A stretch of 64,000 bases of DNA from Octopus sinensis. Lineage: Eukaryota. Shown here in pieces: positions 1 through 11,830 of the stretch (position 1 is its first letter; every line of letters begins with the position of its first letter). The notes beneath the pieces are model-generated. The model did not search any database. It was not told the origin of the DNA and worked only from the letters and a program-made list of their open reading frames with translations. The translations under genes were made by a program, and so were the position numbers. The DNA lies in contig NC_043001.1 of assembly GCF_006345805.1 (NCBI RefSeq), positions 83,266,001 through 83,330,000 on the forward strand, in the 5' to 3' direction.

Positions 1-661
1 AGCATAACTTTTCCACTAAAAAAAAAAAATACCAAAAAAACCTACATGCATTCATTTGCACTCTAAGGACTCTTACTTGATATGACTATGTATAAACATG
101 GGGGTGAGGAGATAATTTTTTTCCATACGTCTTTGCGTACAAACTTTGCAAACATCTCTCATTCTTTCGTTTATATACAAAATCTTGATTTATGTTTATT
201 TGTCTCTTCTCGACACTCGCAGTATCTGCAGCATTCTGTTGTTGTTGAAAGAATAACGAATAAGTGACACTGAACAAAATAAATTTCTTTTATTAATTCA
301 ATGGTTATCATTAACATTTAATTTATCGATTGTCACTGAGATAGCCACCCGAAGGGTTCAGTCCCACGGTATGACATCTTTGGCATGTCTTGTGCTGACC
401 AAAGCCTTATGGACAGATTTAGTTGATAGAAACTGAAAAAAGCCCGTACACTTACTTTCGTATTTGTAGTACTTTATCCAATAGCCCCATACACACATCT
501 GGATATTAATGGTGCTCTACTCTGATAGTACCCTACACATACCTTGTAATTTGTGGTACTCCGATAGGTTTATACACATACGTTGATACTTGTGATACTC
601 TATTCCAGTAGTTGAAGCTGAAGTCTCGGTTAAATTTTACCTGTTTGCCACTGGCATTAAT

Positions 662-950
662 GATGGTTTGAAATTTTGGCACAAGGCCAGCAATTTTGAG
701 GGAGGGGATTACATCGACCCTAGTACTTAACTGGTATTTTACTTCTTTACTGCCCACAGGGGGATAAACATAGAGAAGACAAACAAGGACAGACAAAGGG
801 ATTGTCGATTACATCGACCCCAGTGCGTAACGGGTACTTATTTAATCGACCCCGAAAGAATGAAAGACAAAGACGACCTCGGCGGAATTTGAACGAAATG
901 CCCGCTAAGCATTTCGCCCGGCGTGCTAACAATTCTGCCAGCTCGCCGCC
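662..950 (-). mobile_element. SINE family A (tRNA-derived, Meta-type core), composite copy
   Basis: Reverse complement of ggcggcgagctggcagaa...gtctttgtctttcattctttcggggtcga... plus a second tail; ccactgg flanks both sides (648-654, 954-960). Confidence 0.8.
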
Positions 951-1124
951 TTTCCACTGGTATTGCAAACGGAATTACTGTCAACAGAAACTGGAGCAAG
1001 AAAAATTGAATGAACTCTCAAATGACATTAACAAGAGACAGAACTGATTAATCCAAACACGTATTTCATAAAAGCTTGACGTCGTCTTTTGGGACAGCAA
1101 TTACTGCAAGGGTTGTTGCTATAA

Positions 1125-1345
1125 GGCGGTGAGCTGGCAGAATCCATAGCACGCCGGGCGAAATACTTAACGGTATTTCGTCTGCCGCTACGTTCTGAGT
1201 TCAAATTCCGCCGAGGTCGACTTTGCCTTTCATCCTTTCGGGGTCGATTAAATAAGTACCTGTTACGCACTGCGGTTGATGTAATCGGCTAAATCCCTTT
1301 GTTTGTCCTCTCTATGTTTAGCCCCCTGCGGGCAATAAAGAAACA
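1125..1345 (+). mobile_element. SINE family A, full copy with 16-bp TSD
   Basis: A/B-box-like head (gagctggcagaa; gagttcaaattcc), core gtcgactttgcctttcatcctttcggggtcga; TSD aattactgcaagggtt at 1099-1114 and 1346-1361. Confidence 0.9.
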
Positions 1346-1862
1346 AATTACTGCAAGGGTTATGCAAGTCACTTTGGTTTTTGACAGATCCGTACCCTTA
1401 TGTATGAACTCTGCCGAAACATAGTAATGTTATCAACCTTGTTTCAGTACCATCAGTCTATGAACTTCTAGAAGGATTATTTACTGAATTTCACTTGAAT
1501 GAACTAAGCCTTTCTCTGTATATTTGCCTTCTGTCAGCTTGAAAGAGAGCACTCAGGAAATCGATATGTCTTGTCCTCTAACTTTCGAAGCAGCCCAAGC
1601 TCTGCAAGAATATCAGACCGATTTCTATTACATGTCAATATAAAGAATACATTTGGTTTCCCAAAACGATGAATGATTTTTTTTCAGAACCTAGAATCCA
1701 CAATGCAGGAAGTTAAAAGCACAACATATGTACCAATAAGGCCATTTAGCGCGTACGCACACCTAATTAATCGAGCCTTGGTAATAAATACTATATTCTT
1801 GTTCCCACGATTCCTTCGAATTTCTTGGAGTCACTCTTCAGCTTTACCTACCCACAATGCAT

Positions 1863-2075
1863 TCATCATTATCATCGTCATTATTTAACGTCAGTTTTCT
1901 ACGCTGGCATGAGTTAGACGGTTTGACCGGAGCTGGTTAGTCAGAAAGCCACACCGGGTTCCATCGTCTGTTTTGACTTGGTTTCTACGACTTGATGCTC
2001 TTCCTGGCGCCAACCACTCAATAATGTACCGGATGTTTTTTACGTGTCACCAACACGGGTTCCTTTTACGTGTCA
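1863..2075 (-). mobile_element. 3' fragment of an RTE-related SINE or non-autonomous element
   Basis: Minus strand ...gttggcgccaggaagagcatcaagtcgtagaaacc...catgccagcgtagaaaactgacgttaaataatgacgatga; the same tail recurs at ~2908-2960. Confidence 0.55.
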
Positions 2076-2969
2076 GGTGTCTTGTGATAAACTCCTCCAC
2101 AGCAGGAACATTTCAAAATCGTTTATTCGACGTACCATTCTGTATGCATAAAATATCCATGTCTCAGATTTCCTTTTGTAAATGATATCTACAAAGCTAT
2201 GTGTGATGCGCATGTTGTTTTTGGTGTTGCTACTGTTCCATTCTATATAGTGTTGCTATAAATTCTATCATCATCAGCGGGAAAAAATTTGTTCTTCATT
2301 TAAAGTGCATGTGTCTTAGTTCAAAGTATTTTTGTTGATATTTGTCCTGGTGTAGTTTTCAGGGCATTGTCTTAGAAAGTGGCGTTACCTCTAGCTCTCG
2401 TCGACATTTTGTGGCAAATACAAGAAAGTAAAATCTAAAAGGTTGATGCGAAATGACACAGAAAAAAAGCATGCAATTTTATTAACTTTTGATAAAAACT
2501 ATGATCTAGATATAGAGTGATGCATAGACAGATGTTAAGGAGCCAGAAAAGAAGACGACAACAGTAACGGTTTCTGGCTTAGACACAAGACCAAAAGATT
2601 TAGCGGAGGGTTAGTCAATATCATCAGCCTCACAACTTGATTTATATATTATTTCATAGACCCAGAAAAACAAATTTAGCCTTGGTTGGATTTGAAACCG
2701 AAGCGTAAGGATTCCGGAAAAATATCGCAATGGTATTTTGTATGACGTTCGTACAAAAGGCGGCGAACTGGTTAAATAATTAATTAGTACAGTAAACAAA
2801 CATGAGCAATCTATCAAAAGTATTAGAAACCACTAGGCTCACAGCTCATCAAAACCCGAAACATTCTCCTCCAACTATAACTTGGGTCTTTCGATTTTAG
2901 ATGTGAGCATCATTATCGTCATCGTTTAACGTCCGCTTTCCATGCTGGCATGAGTGGGACAAATGTAAT

Positions 2970-3038
2970 CGACGAGGATGAGATTCGAACTCACGCGAGG
3001 AGACCCCAATGGATTAGCAATCCATCGCCTTACTCGTC
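2970..3038 (-). pseudogene. tRNA-Ser(GCT) pseudogene with D-arm/A-box deletion
   Basis: Minus strand GACGAG-TAAGGCGATGGATTGCTAATCCATTGGGGTCTCCTCGCGTGAGTTCGAATCTCATCCTCGTCG resembles metazoan tRNA-Ser(GCT): anticodon stem ATGGA/TCCAT, long variable arm, T-arm GTTCGAATC. About 13 nt (GTGGCCGAGTGGT in the canonical gene) are missing. Confidence 0.85.
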
Positions 3039-3039
3039 T

Positions 3040-4385
3040 TTTATCCGAAATTCCTGGACACTCATGATCTAGAAAGCGTTTCAGTATCACTGTGGGGACG
3101 TCTATCGTTTTTGGATTATCGATATTCGTTTTCTATTTCTTCTTATCTCAGAACATAGGGTCTACAACTCGTTTTCTTCCTTAGCAATTCCTAGATTTTC
3201 TTTCTGATCACCATAAAGCTTAGGGTGGTTATTTCTTCATGAGGAATTGCCACTTTCTTATATGCTTCCTTGCTTTATGCCCCTCTTTTATACTTCCTTG
3301 TTCTCACATTTCTCCAGTCCCTGTCTCCCATCTCATCGTCCTGCGGAAGCTAGGGACTGATGATAGCGATGGGTTGGTATTGCGCTTTTTACCCTCAGAT
3401 TTGTCTTGTTCTGGAGGACCTCTCTTGACTTCTCGGTCGTCATATGCCTTTGATAATGGTGGTAAAAGGGTCGAAGCCAGCAAACTTGCATTTACAGACT
3501 TACTGGTTTTGTTCTGTTGTGACAGTTCTTTTTAAACAGCTGTTATAGGCTTCTGTTTTGGCAGCTGCAGTTGTTGGTATTATTGTCTGTAATACTGTTC
3601 AACGAATTCCGTTATTTTTTTTTATTTTTCCTCAGGTAACTTATACTGTCATACGTGTGAGCAACTATGTCATCTGCTCTGTACCAAGAGCCTGAATTTC
3701 TGCCTTTGCGATGGAGCAAAGCTCTGAGAAATATTTTTTCTTTGGGTTGTCATTACTATCTGGATGTCCATACAGACCTAACTCAACCATGTTTTTGCCG
3801 TTCACCACCAAATTCATCATAATTCTGTATTGATTAGAAAATGTGATGTCATGCCAAGTACCGACATCAGTACGAATATCTTTGGCCATAATTTTAGGGT
3901 TCCTAAAATAAAGTACAGTGACATAAATCTATTGATAGACGTGTAGCACACCATCTCTGCATATGTCATTGGCTCGACTGTGAAGTATTAGGAAAATACG
4001 CTTCTATATGCCATACTTCGTTTGAGGAAACACCAAAGTATCGACTTATGACTCTCCTAACTCTTTTTTCGAAAACATGAAGTTATGTCATTTTCTTTTT
4101 AAGCTCCGGGGCAAGGAGGTAGTGTCTTTTGTAATACACATTGCCTACTTGAGCTGGCTCAAGTTGATGCAAATCATGTTTGTTTATACTGTCGTTGCTG
4201 TTCGTACAATTTTGCCTATGTATCAATTTTTACAGCTCGCTATTCTTGGGGAGGTCATGGGGTGTTGTGCTCAGGCACTTCTTCCCATCTATTGGGTCCA
4301 ATCAGAAGCAAACGTCATCATATATTCTTACTGGAAATGTTACTTACATTATGTTTTGCTCGGAGATCAGCGAGTCTCTTCAAGT
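3040..4385 (-). pseudogene. Degenerate coding-like relic, possibly non-LTR retrotransposon ORF1
   Basis: Several 70-100 codon open stretches on the minus strand broken by stops and frameshifts (ORF 3665-3889; S/T/P/K-rich stretch ~3310-3595; DWRNVRTRKYKRG near 3280-3320). Family not firmly identified. Confidence 0.35.
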
Positions 4386-4412
4386 TGAGCCGCTAACGAT
4401 TCTGCCAACTCC

Positions 4413-4447
<35 letters not shown>

Positions 4448-4779
4448 CCTTTCTACTATAGGCACAAGGCCTGAAATTTGGGGGAGGAGGATAGTCGATT
4501 ACATCGACCATTGACCCCAAAAGGATGAAGCGACAGACGAAATACCTATTTCTTTACTACCCACAAGGGGCTAAACACAGAGAGAACAAACAAGGATAGA
4601 CAGATGGATTAAGTCGATTTCATCGACCCCAGTGCGTAACTGGTATTTATCTAATCGACCCCGAAAGGATGAAAGGCAAAGTCTAACTCAGCGGAATTTG
4701 AACTCAGAACATAACGGCAGACGAAATACTATTAACCATTTCGCCTGCATTCTAACGATTCTGCCACCTCGCCGCCTTC

Positions 4780-4850
<71 letters not shown>

Positions 4851-5040
4851 TATTCTTTCTACTGGAAGCACAAGCCCTCAAATTTGGGGGAAGGGATTAA
4901 GTCGATTACATCGATCTCAGTACTCAATTGGTAATTATATTGTCGACCTCGGCCGAATTTGAACTCAGAACGTAGGAACAGGCGAAATACCACTAAGCAT
5001 GTCGTCCAGCGCGCTAACGATTCTGCCAGCTCATCGCCTT
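4385..5040 (-). mobile_element. Tandem/nested cluster of SINE family A copies with (AAT)n tails
   Basis: At least three head-to-tail reverse copies separated by (AAT)n runs at 4414-4447 and 4781-4851. Confidence 0.85.
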
Positions 5041-5880
5041 AATAAGAGAAATGAAAGAAAAGGGAGAAGGAAAAGTAGATATATAAGGAAGGCGACAAAG
5101 TGAAAGACAGATAAGGAAATAAAAAGAAAAGAAAGTGGAATAAAAGGAAGAATAAGGAAAGAGACGAGAGGAAGAACAAAAGGAAGAAGACGTGACGGAA
5201 GAAGAATAAGATGTGCCTGATGTTGTTATTGCTGTAGAAATGGAAGATTCAGGAGAGAACCGATCCAAATTCCTTGTTGTAGTAATTATGTCTTTCAGTT
5301 TTGAGATAATATCCTACCGGAATTAATAAGAAGACATAAAAGAAAGAAAAAATACCAATAATATATTTGTGGTCAATTGAGACGACCAGCGCTCATCCAA
5401 ATCAACCAGAGAATAATTCTGAGTGCGTGTGCCGAATACGAAAAACAAGAAAAGAAACACACATACACACACACACACACACACAAAAAAAAAAGAAAAA
5501 TTATTATCATTTCATAATAATATTTCAACAAATACTAAAATTTGTAATAAATTAAATTACCTCTAAAGTTGCACTGAATATAATTCTAACGCTATTTGAT
5601 GCCAGAATAATTAACGTGTAATTAAATCTCACAATTAGTGAAATCACAATTGCTTGTCTGTAGAACTGACCGAAAACCAAGGCCGCTATTGTCTTCTTTC
5701 AAATTAAAAGAGATAGCATGAGCTAATTTTTTTTCTCCTTTTCTCGTTGTGTGAATGTATTGTGTGTGCGTGTATAACAATATGTGTGTGTGTGTGTATA
5801 TATATATAAGAATTCTTGGAAGTGTATATTGAAATATATCCATAATGATAGATTCTGATTAATTTTTCTGTTATAATTAT

Positions 5881-5931
<51 letters not shown>

Positions 5932-6110
5932 GTGTGTGTGTGTGTGTGTGCATACATATCTATAACTAATATGTAGACATATGCGTGTGTATTCATGTAC
6001 GCAGACCTAAGCACGCGCAGATACACATGCATATATGTATGTATGTATGTATGTATGTATCCAGAGACTAATGTGTGTGTGTGTGTGTATATATGTATCC
6101 ACAAACATAC

Positions 6111-6153
<43 letters not shown>

Positions 6154-6193
6154 TGTATTTGTATTCATATGCTTATAGATATGTATACATGTC

Positions 6194-6234
<41 letters not shown>

Positions 6235-6745
6235 ACCCAATTATATAGACATCTGTATATGAATACTTGTGTATATAAGTATATGTGTGTGTATTTGTAT
6301 ATTTGTGTGTGCATGCTTGCATGCGTCAGTCTGACTGTGCGCACATACACATACTCAGACATATTTCGTCTTCTTCTTCCTCCTCCACCTGGACTAGATG
6401 GTCTCCATACCCACCACGTGCTACCACACCTACCCAGTTCATCAGACGCTTCATGACTCAATTCATCTACAGCATGTCTCCCGCCACGCCCCAACCCAGG
6501 CGTAGTCTGTAAAATATGACTTACACCGCACCCCCTCACGCTCCACATATACAGATTGAAAATGGGCGTTCCCATGATGCCGAGATGGGTCACTCGAAGT
6601 TGTTTTGAAGTTTGACCATTACGTCTTTTGCATTTAATGAAAATGGCTCGGATATTACTGTTATATACGAATGAATGTTTAACTGTGTCGAGCGAATGAG
6701 AAATTTGTGCTCAATGTGTATTGTAAAGTATTATAGAGTATATGC

Positions 6746-7128
6746 GGAGGCTTAATGGTCCAGTGGTTAGGACAGCGGAATTGTGGTCGTAGGATCGTGG
6801 TTTCAATTCCCAGAGCGGACGTTGTGAGCGTTTATTGATCGAAAACACCTGAAGCTCCATGAGGCTCCGGCAAGAGGTGGTGGTGAACCCTGCTGTACTC
6901 TTTAACCACAACTTTTTCTCACTCTTTCTACCAGTTTCTGTTGTACCTGTATTTCATAGGGCCAGCCTTGTCACACTCTGTGTCACGCTGAATCTCCCCG
7001 AGAACTACGTTAAGGGTATACGTCTCTGTGGAGTGCTCAGCCACTTGCACGTTAATTTCACGAGCAGGCTGTTTCGTTGATCGGATCAACTGGAACCCTC
7101 GTCGTCGTAAACGACGGAGTGCCCCGAG
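6746..7128 (+). mobile_element. SINE family C (tRNA-derived), tail variant 1, 10-bp TSD
   Basis: Head ggaggcttaatggtccagtggttaggacagcgg...ggtttcaattccc; TSD agagtatatg at 6735-6744 and 7129-7138. Confidence 0.85.
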
Positions 7129-7348
7129 AGAGTATATGATTTATCGAAACAATGTATATTTCACGACCTTAGTTCCATTCCGCTGCATGTTCTCGCTTAT
7201 GGATTGCAATCATGTGTTATGCCTTTCATCCTTTCGAGGTCGATAAATTAAGTACCAGTTGCGTACTGGGGTCGATCTAATCGACTGGCCCCTCCCCAAA
7301 AATTTCGGGCCTTGTGCCTAGAGTATAAAAGAAAAGATTCAGTGTCAA

Positions 7349-7583
7349 GGCGTTGAGCTGGCAGAAACGTTAGCACGCTGGGCGAAATGCTTAGCGGTAT
7401 TTCGTCTGTCGCTACGTTCTGAGTTCAAAATTCCGCCGAGGTCGAATTTACCTTTCATCCTTTCGGGGTCGATTAAATAAGTACCAGTTACGCACTGGGG
7501 TCGATATAATCGACTTAATCCGTTTGTCTGTCCTTGTTTGTCCCCTCTGTGTTTAGCCCCTTGTGGGCAATAAAAAAAAAAAG
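7349..7583 (+). mobile_element. SINE family A full copy with 15-bp TSD, next to a 5'-truncated copy (~7220-7330)
   Basis: TSD aagattcagtgtcaa at 7334-7348 and 7584-7598. Confidence 0.9.
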
Positions 7584-7621
7584 AAGATTCAGTGTCAAGA
7601 ATATATATATACATATACATT

Positions 7622-7942
7622 GACGGCGCATGGCTCAGTGGTTAGAGCGTTGGACTCACAATCATGAGGTAGTGAGTTTGATTGCCGGACTGGGCTGTAT
7701 GTTGTGTTGTGGAGCAAGACACTTTTTCACATTGATCCAGTTTAAGACATCACTGGTGCCAAGTTGTATCGGCCTTCGCCTTTTCGTTGGATAACACTGA
7801 TGGCGTGAAGACGGGAGGCTGCTATGCATGGGCGACTGCTGGTCTTCCATATAAACATTGCCCGGAGTTGTGCCTCGGAGGGTAACTTTCTTGCTAGGTG
7901 CAATCCGGTGGCCATTCATGACCGAAGGGGGTCATTACCCTT
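7622..7942 (+). mobile_element. SINE family D (tRNA-derived)
   Basis: A-box tggctcagtggttagagc, B-box-like gagtttgattgcc, then gagcaagacactttttcac; a related copy at 17779-18460. Confidence 0.75.
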
Positions 7943-7973
7943 GTATATATATATTGTGTGTATGTATATATGT

Positions 7974-8285
7974 GGAGGCGCAATGGCCCAGTGGTTAGGG
8001 CAGCGGACTCGCGGTCGGAGGATCGCCGTTTTGATTACCAGACTGGGCGTTGTGTGTGTTTATTGAGCGAAAACACCCAAAGCTCCACGAGGCTCCGGCA
8101 GGGGGTGCTGGTGACCCCTGTTGTATTCTTTCGCTCCAACTTTCTCTCACTCTTTCTTCCTGTTTCTTGAGTAACGCTGCGATGGACTGGCGTCCCGTCC
8201 AGCTGGGCGGGGGGGGGGGGGGCACATACGCCATAGAAACCGGGAAACCGGGCCCATGAGCATGGCTAGGCCTGAGAAGGGTGAA
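7974..8285 (+). mobile_element. SINE family C with V-domain-like 3' part
   Basis: Head ggaggcgcaatggcccagtggttagggcagcggactcgcgg; gcgatggactggcgtcccgtccag...gaaaccggg resembles the V-SINE domain. Confidence 0.85.
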
Positions 8286-9126
8286 AATGAAAATGAATTA
8301 TGTATATATGTTCGGATATATATGCATGTATGTATGTATGTATACATACATGTACGAGCGTTTGTATGCGTATATATTGAATATGTGTTTAAAATCATGC
8401 GATGCCAAGACAAGGAGACACATACATACAAAATGCGATGAGTATATAGAGACAAATTATCCAGGCAGGTACCATAAGAGCTCTCAGGTATAATCCAGGC
8501 TCTGGCTAACCGCATCAAGTAATAACCAAGATCGTTTAGCGTGAGCAATCTCACTGTAATTCTTCCGATGGATAAATCCGAGTTCTGTTCACTGGTTTAT
8601 GAACATTTTCGGGATTGGAACCCCAAAACCAAATGGAGACTGATAATTATGCGGCATGTATATATGAATGTATTTTTCAAATGCGTAAGATATTAAATAT
8701 TTTTACTGTTACATTACTATGGAAATGGAAAAACAGTTAAAATAATAGAGAATGAATAAATAAATTCTGGATGAATAACAACAGCTTAGAGAAAACAAAG
8801 AACTGCAGACAAAAACAATCTTCGTGTTCATTAGCTTATTCGTCACTCTTCCGAAGTATAAAAGAAATGGTCTCAACAGAAGGTTTTAGATCGAAATTCT
8901 AGCAAAGCAATTCGAATCAACATTGTTTTTTCTTTCTTTCTCTTCACCACATAAATTATAGCCATTTAGCTTTTAATTGCTCTCTTATTAAGGATGAAAA
9001 CACTAATGAAATCTATTGGATGGAGCGTCAGCTATGGGATTATTTTTATGAAATTTTTACAAAATGGATAAAATTAACGCCGGATTATAGAAAACAGAAT
9101 TCTATATTATAATTAGGAGATAGAAC

Positions 9127-9551
9127 GGATCTTTTCGGTTTGAACGGCAGTTTTTTAAAATAATTTCCACGTAACTAAACACTTTCAAACTTCGTATACT
9201 GGTAGAATGTGTTTATAAAACATCTTTTTCTCTTGACTTTATTGGGAAAATTCTATAGTTTGTAAGATATTTGTTGTTGTTTTTCTGCGATTTCAACCAA
9301 TCAATGACGTCTGTTGAGGAGAAAACATTCTTTGCCATATGAAAATGTCCCTCGTTTAAGAAACAGATTGGGTTTATTTACATTTCTGAAGAAAAAAATA
9401 TAGCATTCCCCCACCCCTAACCCTAACCCACCCTAAATAACCCTAACACTAAAATAGATTGAAATGCAATAGATCGACACTAGGGTCATAATTATGGGCG
9501 ACAATTTCATGACACCGCTAGAAAAAACTGCCGTTCAAACCGAAAAGATCC
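9127..9551. mobile_element. MITE with 30-bp perfect TIRs, 8-bp TSD and internal telomere-type repeats (possibly Merlin superfamily)
   Basis: TIR ggatcttttcggtttgaacggcagtttttt (9127-9156) and its reverse complement (9522-9551); TSD gatagaac at 9119-9126 and 9552-9559; (CCCTAA)-like repeats at 9415-9452. GG termini with an 8-bp TSD fit Merlin; hAT is not excluded. Confidence 0.9.
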
Positions 9552-9651
9552 GATAGAACTATTGGTTAACATGCAGTTTGCGGTATTAAAAAAATGAAAG
9601 TGAATTGCAATAGAAACCGGAATTGACGACAGAGATATTGTGTAATTTCAT

Positions 9652-10088
9652 CTTTTAATTTTTACTTGTTCCAGTTATTAGACTTCGGCCATGCTGGGGC
9701 ACCGCCTTCATGAAATTTTATTCGAATGAATCAACTCCAGTGCTAATTTTTCTTTAAGCGTGGTATTTATTCTATCGGTTTCTTTGCCCGAACCGCTAAG
9801 TTATGGGGATGCAAACATACGAACATTGGTTGTCAAGCGCTGGTGGTGTGGATACATACACACATATATATCGATACATAGACACACACGATGGGCTTCT
9901 TTCAGTTTCCGTCTACCAAATCCACTCAAGGCTTTGGTCGGCCCGAGGTTATAGTAGAAGACACTTGCCCCAAGGTACCACGTAATGGGACTGAACACGG
10001 AACCATGTGTTTCTGAAGCAAGCTTTTTTTATTCGCAGGGAACATGTTTTTTTCGCAAGCTTCTTACAGCACAACCACGCCTGCGCCT
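9652..10088 (-). mobile_element. SINE family B (tRNA-derived, CORE-like, internal TA/TG microsatellite)
   Basis: Reverse complement of ggcgcaggcgtggttgtg...accttggggcaagtgtcttctactata...gcatggccgaagtctaataactggaacaagtaaaa. Confidence 0.85.
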
Positions 10089-10125
10089 ATATAAACAATT
10101 CGACATAACTAATGTATAGAACGCA

Positions 10126-10164
<39 letters not shown>

Positions 10165-11404
10165 TATATGTGTGTGTGTGTGTGTAATGTTGTGTCTAGG
10201 GAGCATCATACTGCCTTAATATCTAACACACTCACCGGTTTAATTTTCACTCATTTATTATTTATATTTTTCCCTTTCCAAAATTTTCGTTGCTTTTGCA
10301 ACCTTGTGAATGGGTGTTGACTTTCACATAAAGAATCTTGCAAACCAGATACAAAAGCGAAGTATATATTTAATATAACACGAAAACCATACATATCTTT
10401 TATATAAGATGAAAGCAATTATTTCTCAGAGGTGTTCGTTGTTGGGTTTTATACATTGGAACATTGTATGTCACCTGCTGCTTCTGAAATATATACTATA
10501 CACGTTGGTGCCTGTGGACGTTGAATAACGAGGGAGTTCTTTATGTTCTTATCATGACATTTTGTGATGTTTCTGTCGTTATTTCCAATTTTTATCTCAA
10601 TTTAATTTCCACATTTTTAGACAACTTACTTTCACTTTTTTTTTACTACTGTACGTCAACCGAATTATGTGTGTAACAGCAAGTTGTTACACACATGCAC
10701 ACACTATGCATAACTCTGCCAACCACATAGACACACGCACGCACACACACACACACCTATGCATAACTCTACCTACCAAACACACACACACTTTTTCTAA
10801 GGATGTGTGATGTGTCATAGTCAATTCAAACAACCCTGTAACGAAAGACAAACTGAGCCCCAGCGGCATTTGAACTCAGAATGTTAGGGTGCGAAAAGAA
10901 ATAATTTAAGGCATTTTCTTCGATATTCTACCAATCAGTCAAATCTTTCATTGTATTATGAAGCAAAAGTAATAATACCCTACATTGATTCCTTTTAGTA
11001 AGTTCTCTGACCCCCAACAAAGGGGCCATCAATATGCCGTGATTGGTTGAATTCCATCTTCCTACTGGAATTGATTTTCCAGATTTCTGAACGTTCCCTA
11101 CGAAGAGAAATGAATCAGAAGATAGTGTGGGGTGTCGTTAACTTTTGAAAATGCCTCATTACGCCATTTTGTGACACGTGTTCAGTCACGTGTGTCAAAT
11201 GAATTTGAATTAATGTCGTTTACTGGCGAGAACAAATTAAGCCTATTGACAGCTGAAATGATGAGGTTAAGCTGCATACGCACAGACACGCTTACATACA
11301 TACATACTCACACACACACGCGCATACATGTGCATTCGCTCGTACTCAAACACGTGCATGTATATCTGTGTGTCAGTGACTGTCTGATTACCTAGCTAGC
11401 GAGC

Positions 11405-11830
11405 TGTCTATCTATCTATCTATCTATCTGTCTGTCTGTCTGTTTCTATCTATTTTTATCTGTCTGTCTATCTATCTATCTATCTATTTCTATCTATCTG
11501 TCTATCTGTCTGTCTGTCTATCTATCTATATATCTATTTCTACCTATCTGTCTGTTTGTCTATCTATCTGTCTGTCTGTCTGTCTGTCTGTCTGTCCAGC
11601 TACTTTTTTGTCTAGCCATGAAGCTCTTTTTGCTTATGTATCTGTTTGTGTGTCTATCTCTATCTGTCTCTTTGTGCAACTAGTTTCTGCATCTCACTCG
11701 GTGTGTATGTGTGTGTGTGCCTTTATATCTATCTATCTATCTATCTATCTATTTGTCAGTCTGCTTAAATCTTCTGTCTGTGTCTTTCTTTCTCCTCTCT
11801 CTCTCTCTCTCTCTCTGTCTTGTCTGTCTT
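11405..11830. repeat. (TCTA)n/(TCTG)n/(CT)n compound microsatellite
   Basis: Directly visible. Confidence 0.95.

Larger units (their letters stand above)
1..2340 (-). mobile_element. Decayed autonomous Helitron, Rep (HUH) region of RepHel, interrupted by SINEs; runs off the left edge
   Basis: Manual minus-strand translation gives Helitron-like motifs in the expected order: FYAYRMVRRINDFEMFL (~2095-2150), YVVLLTSCIVDSRF (~1687-1730), IIHRFGKPNVFFILTCN (1627-1677; cf. motif I FGKPDLFITFTCN), EIQ*IILLEVHRLMVL (~1445-1495; cf. motif II EFQKRGLPHAHIL), YVSAEF, LHNPCS/CCPKR (cf. HGPCG...CSKRFP), VSTYVYKP (~570-590; cf. motif III). Many stops and frameshifts. Confidence 0.8.

Noticed and set aside
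5880-6456. Many YI/CV/HT-repeat ORFs here and throughout the window
   Set aside because: Artefacts of (TA)n, (TG)n and (CA)n microsatellites.
7665-7680. tgaggtagtgag resembling let-7
   Set aside because: Lies in the tRNA-derived head of a SINE; no pre-miRNA hairpin.
8440-8640. Ig-like DLGYY segment in ORF 8147-8554
   Set aside because: Lacks the following Cys and good splice sites; the rest of the ORF is SINE and microsatellite.
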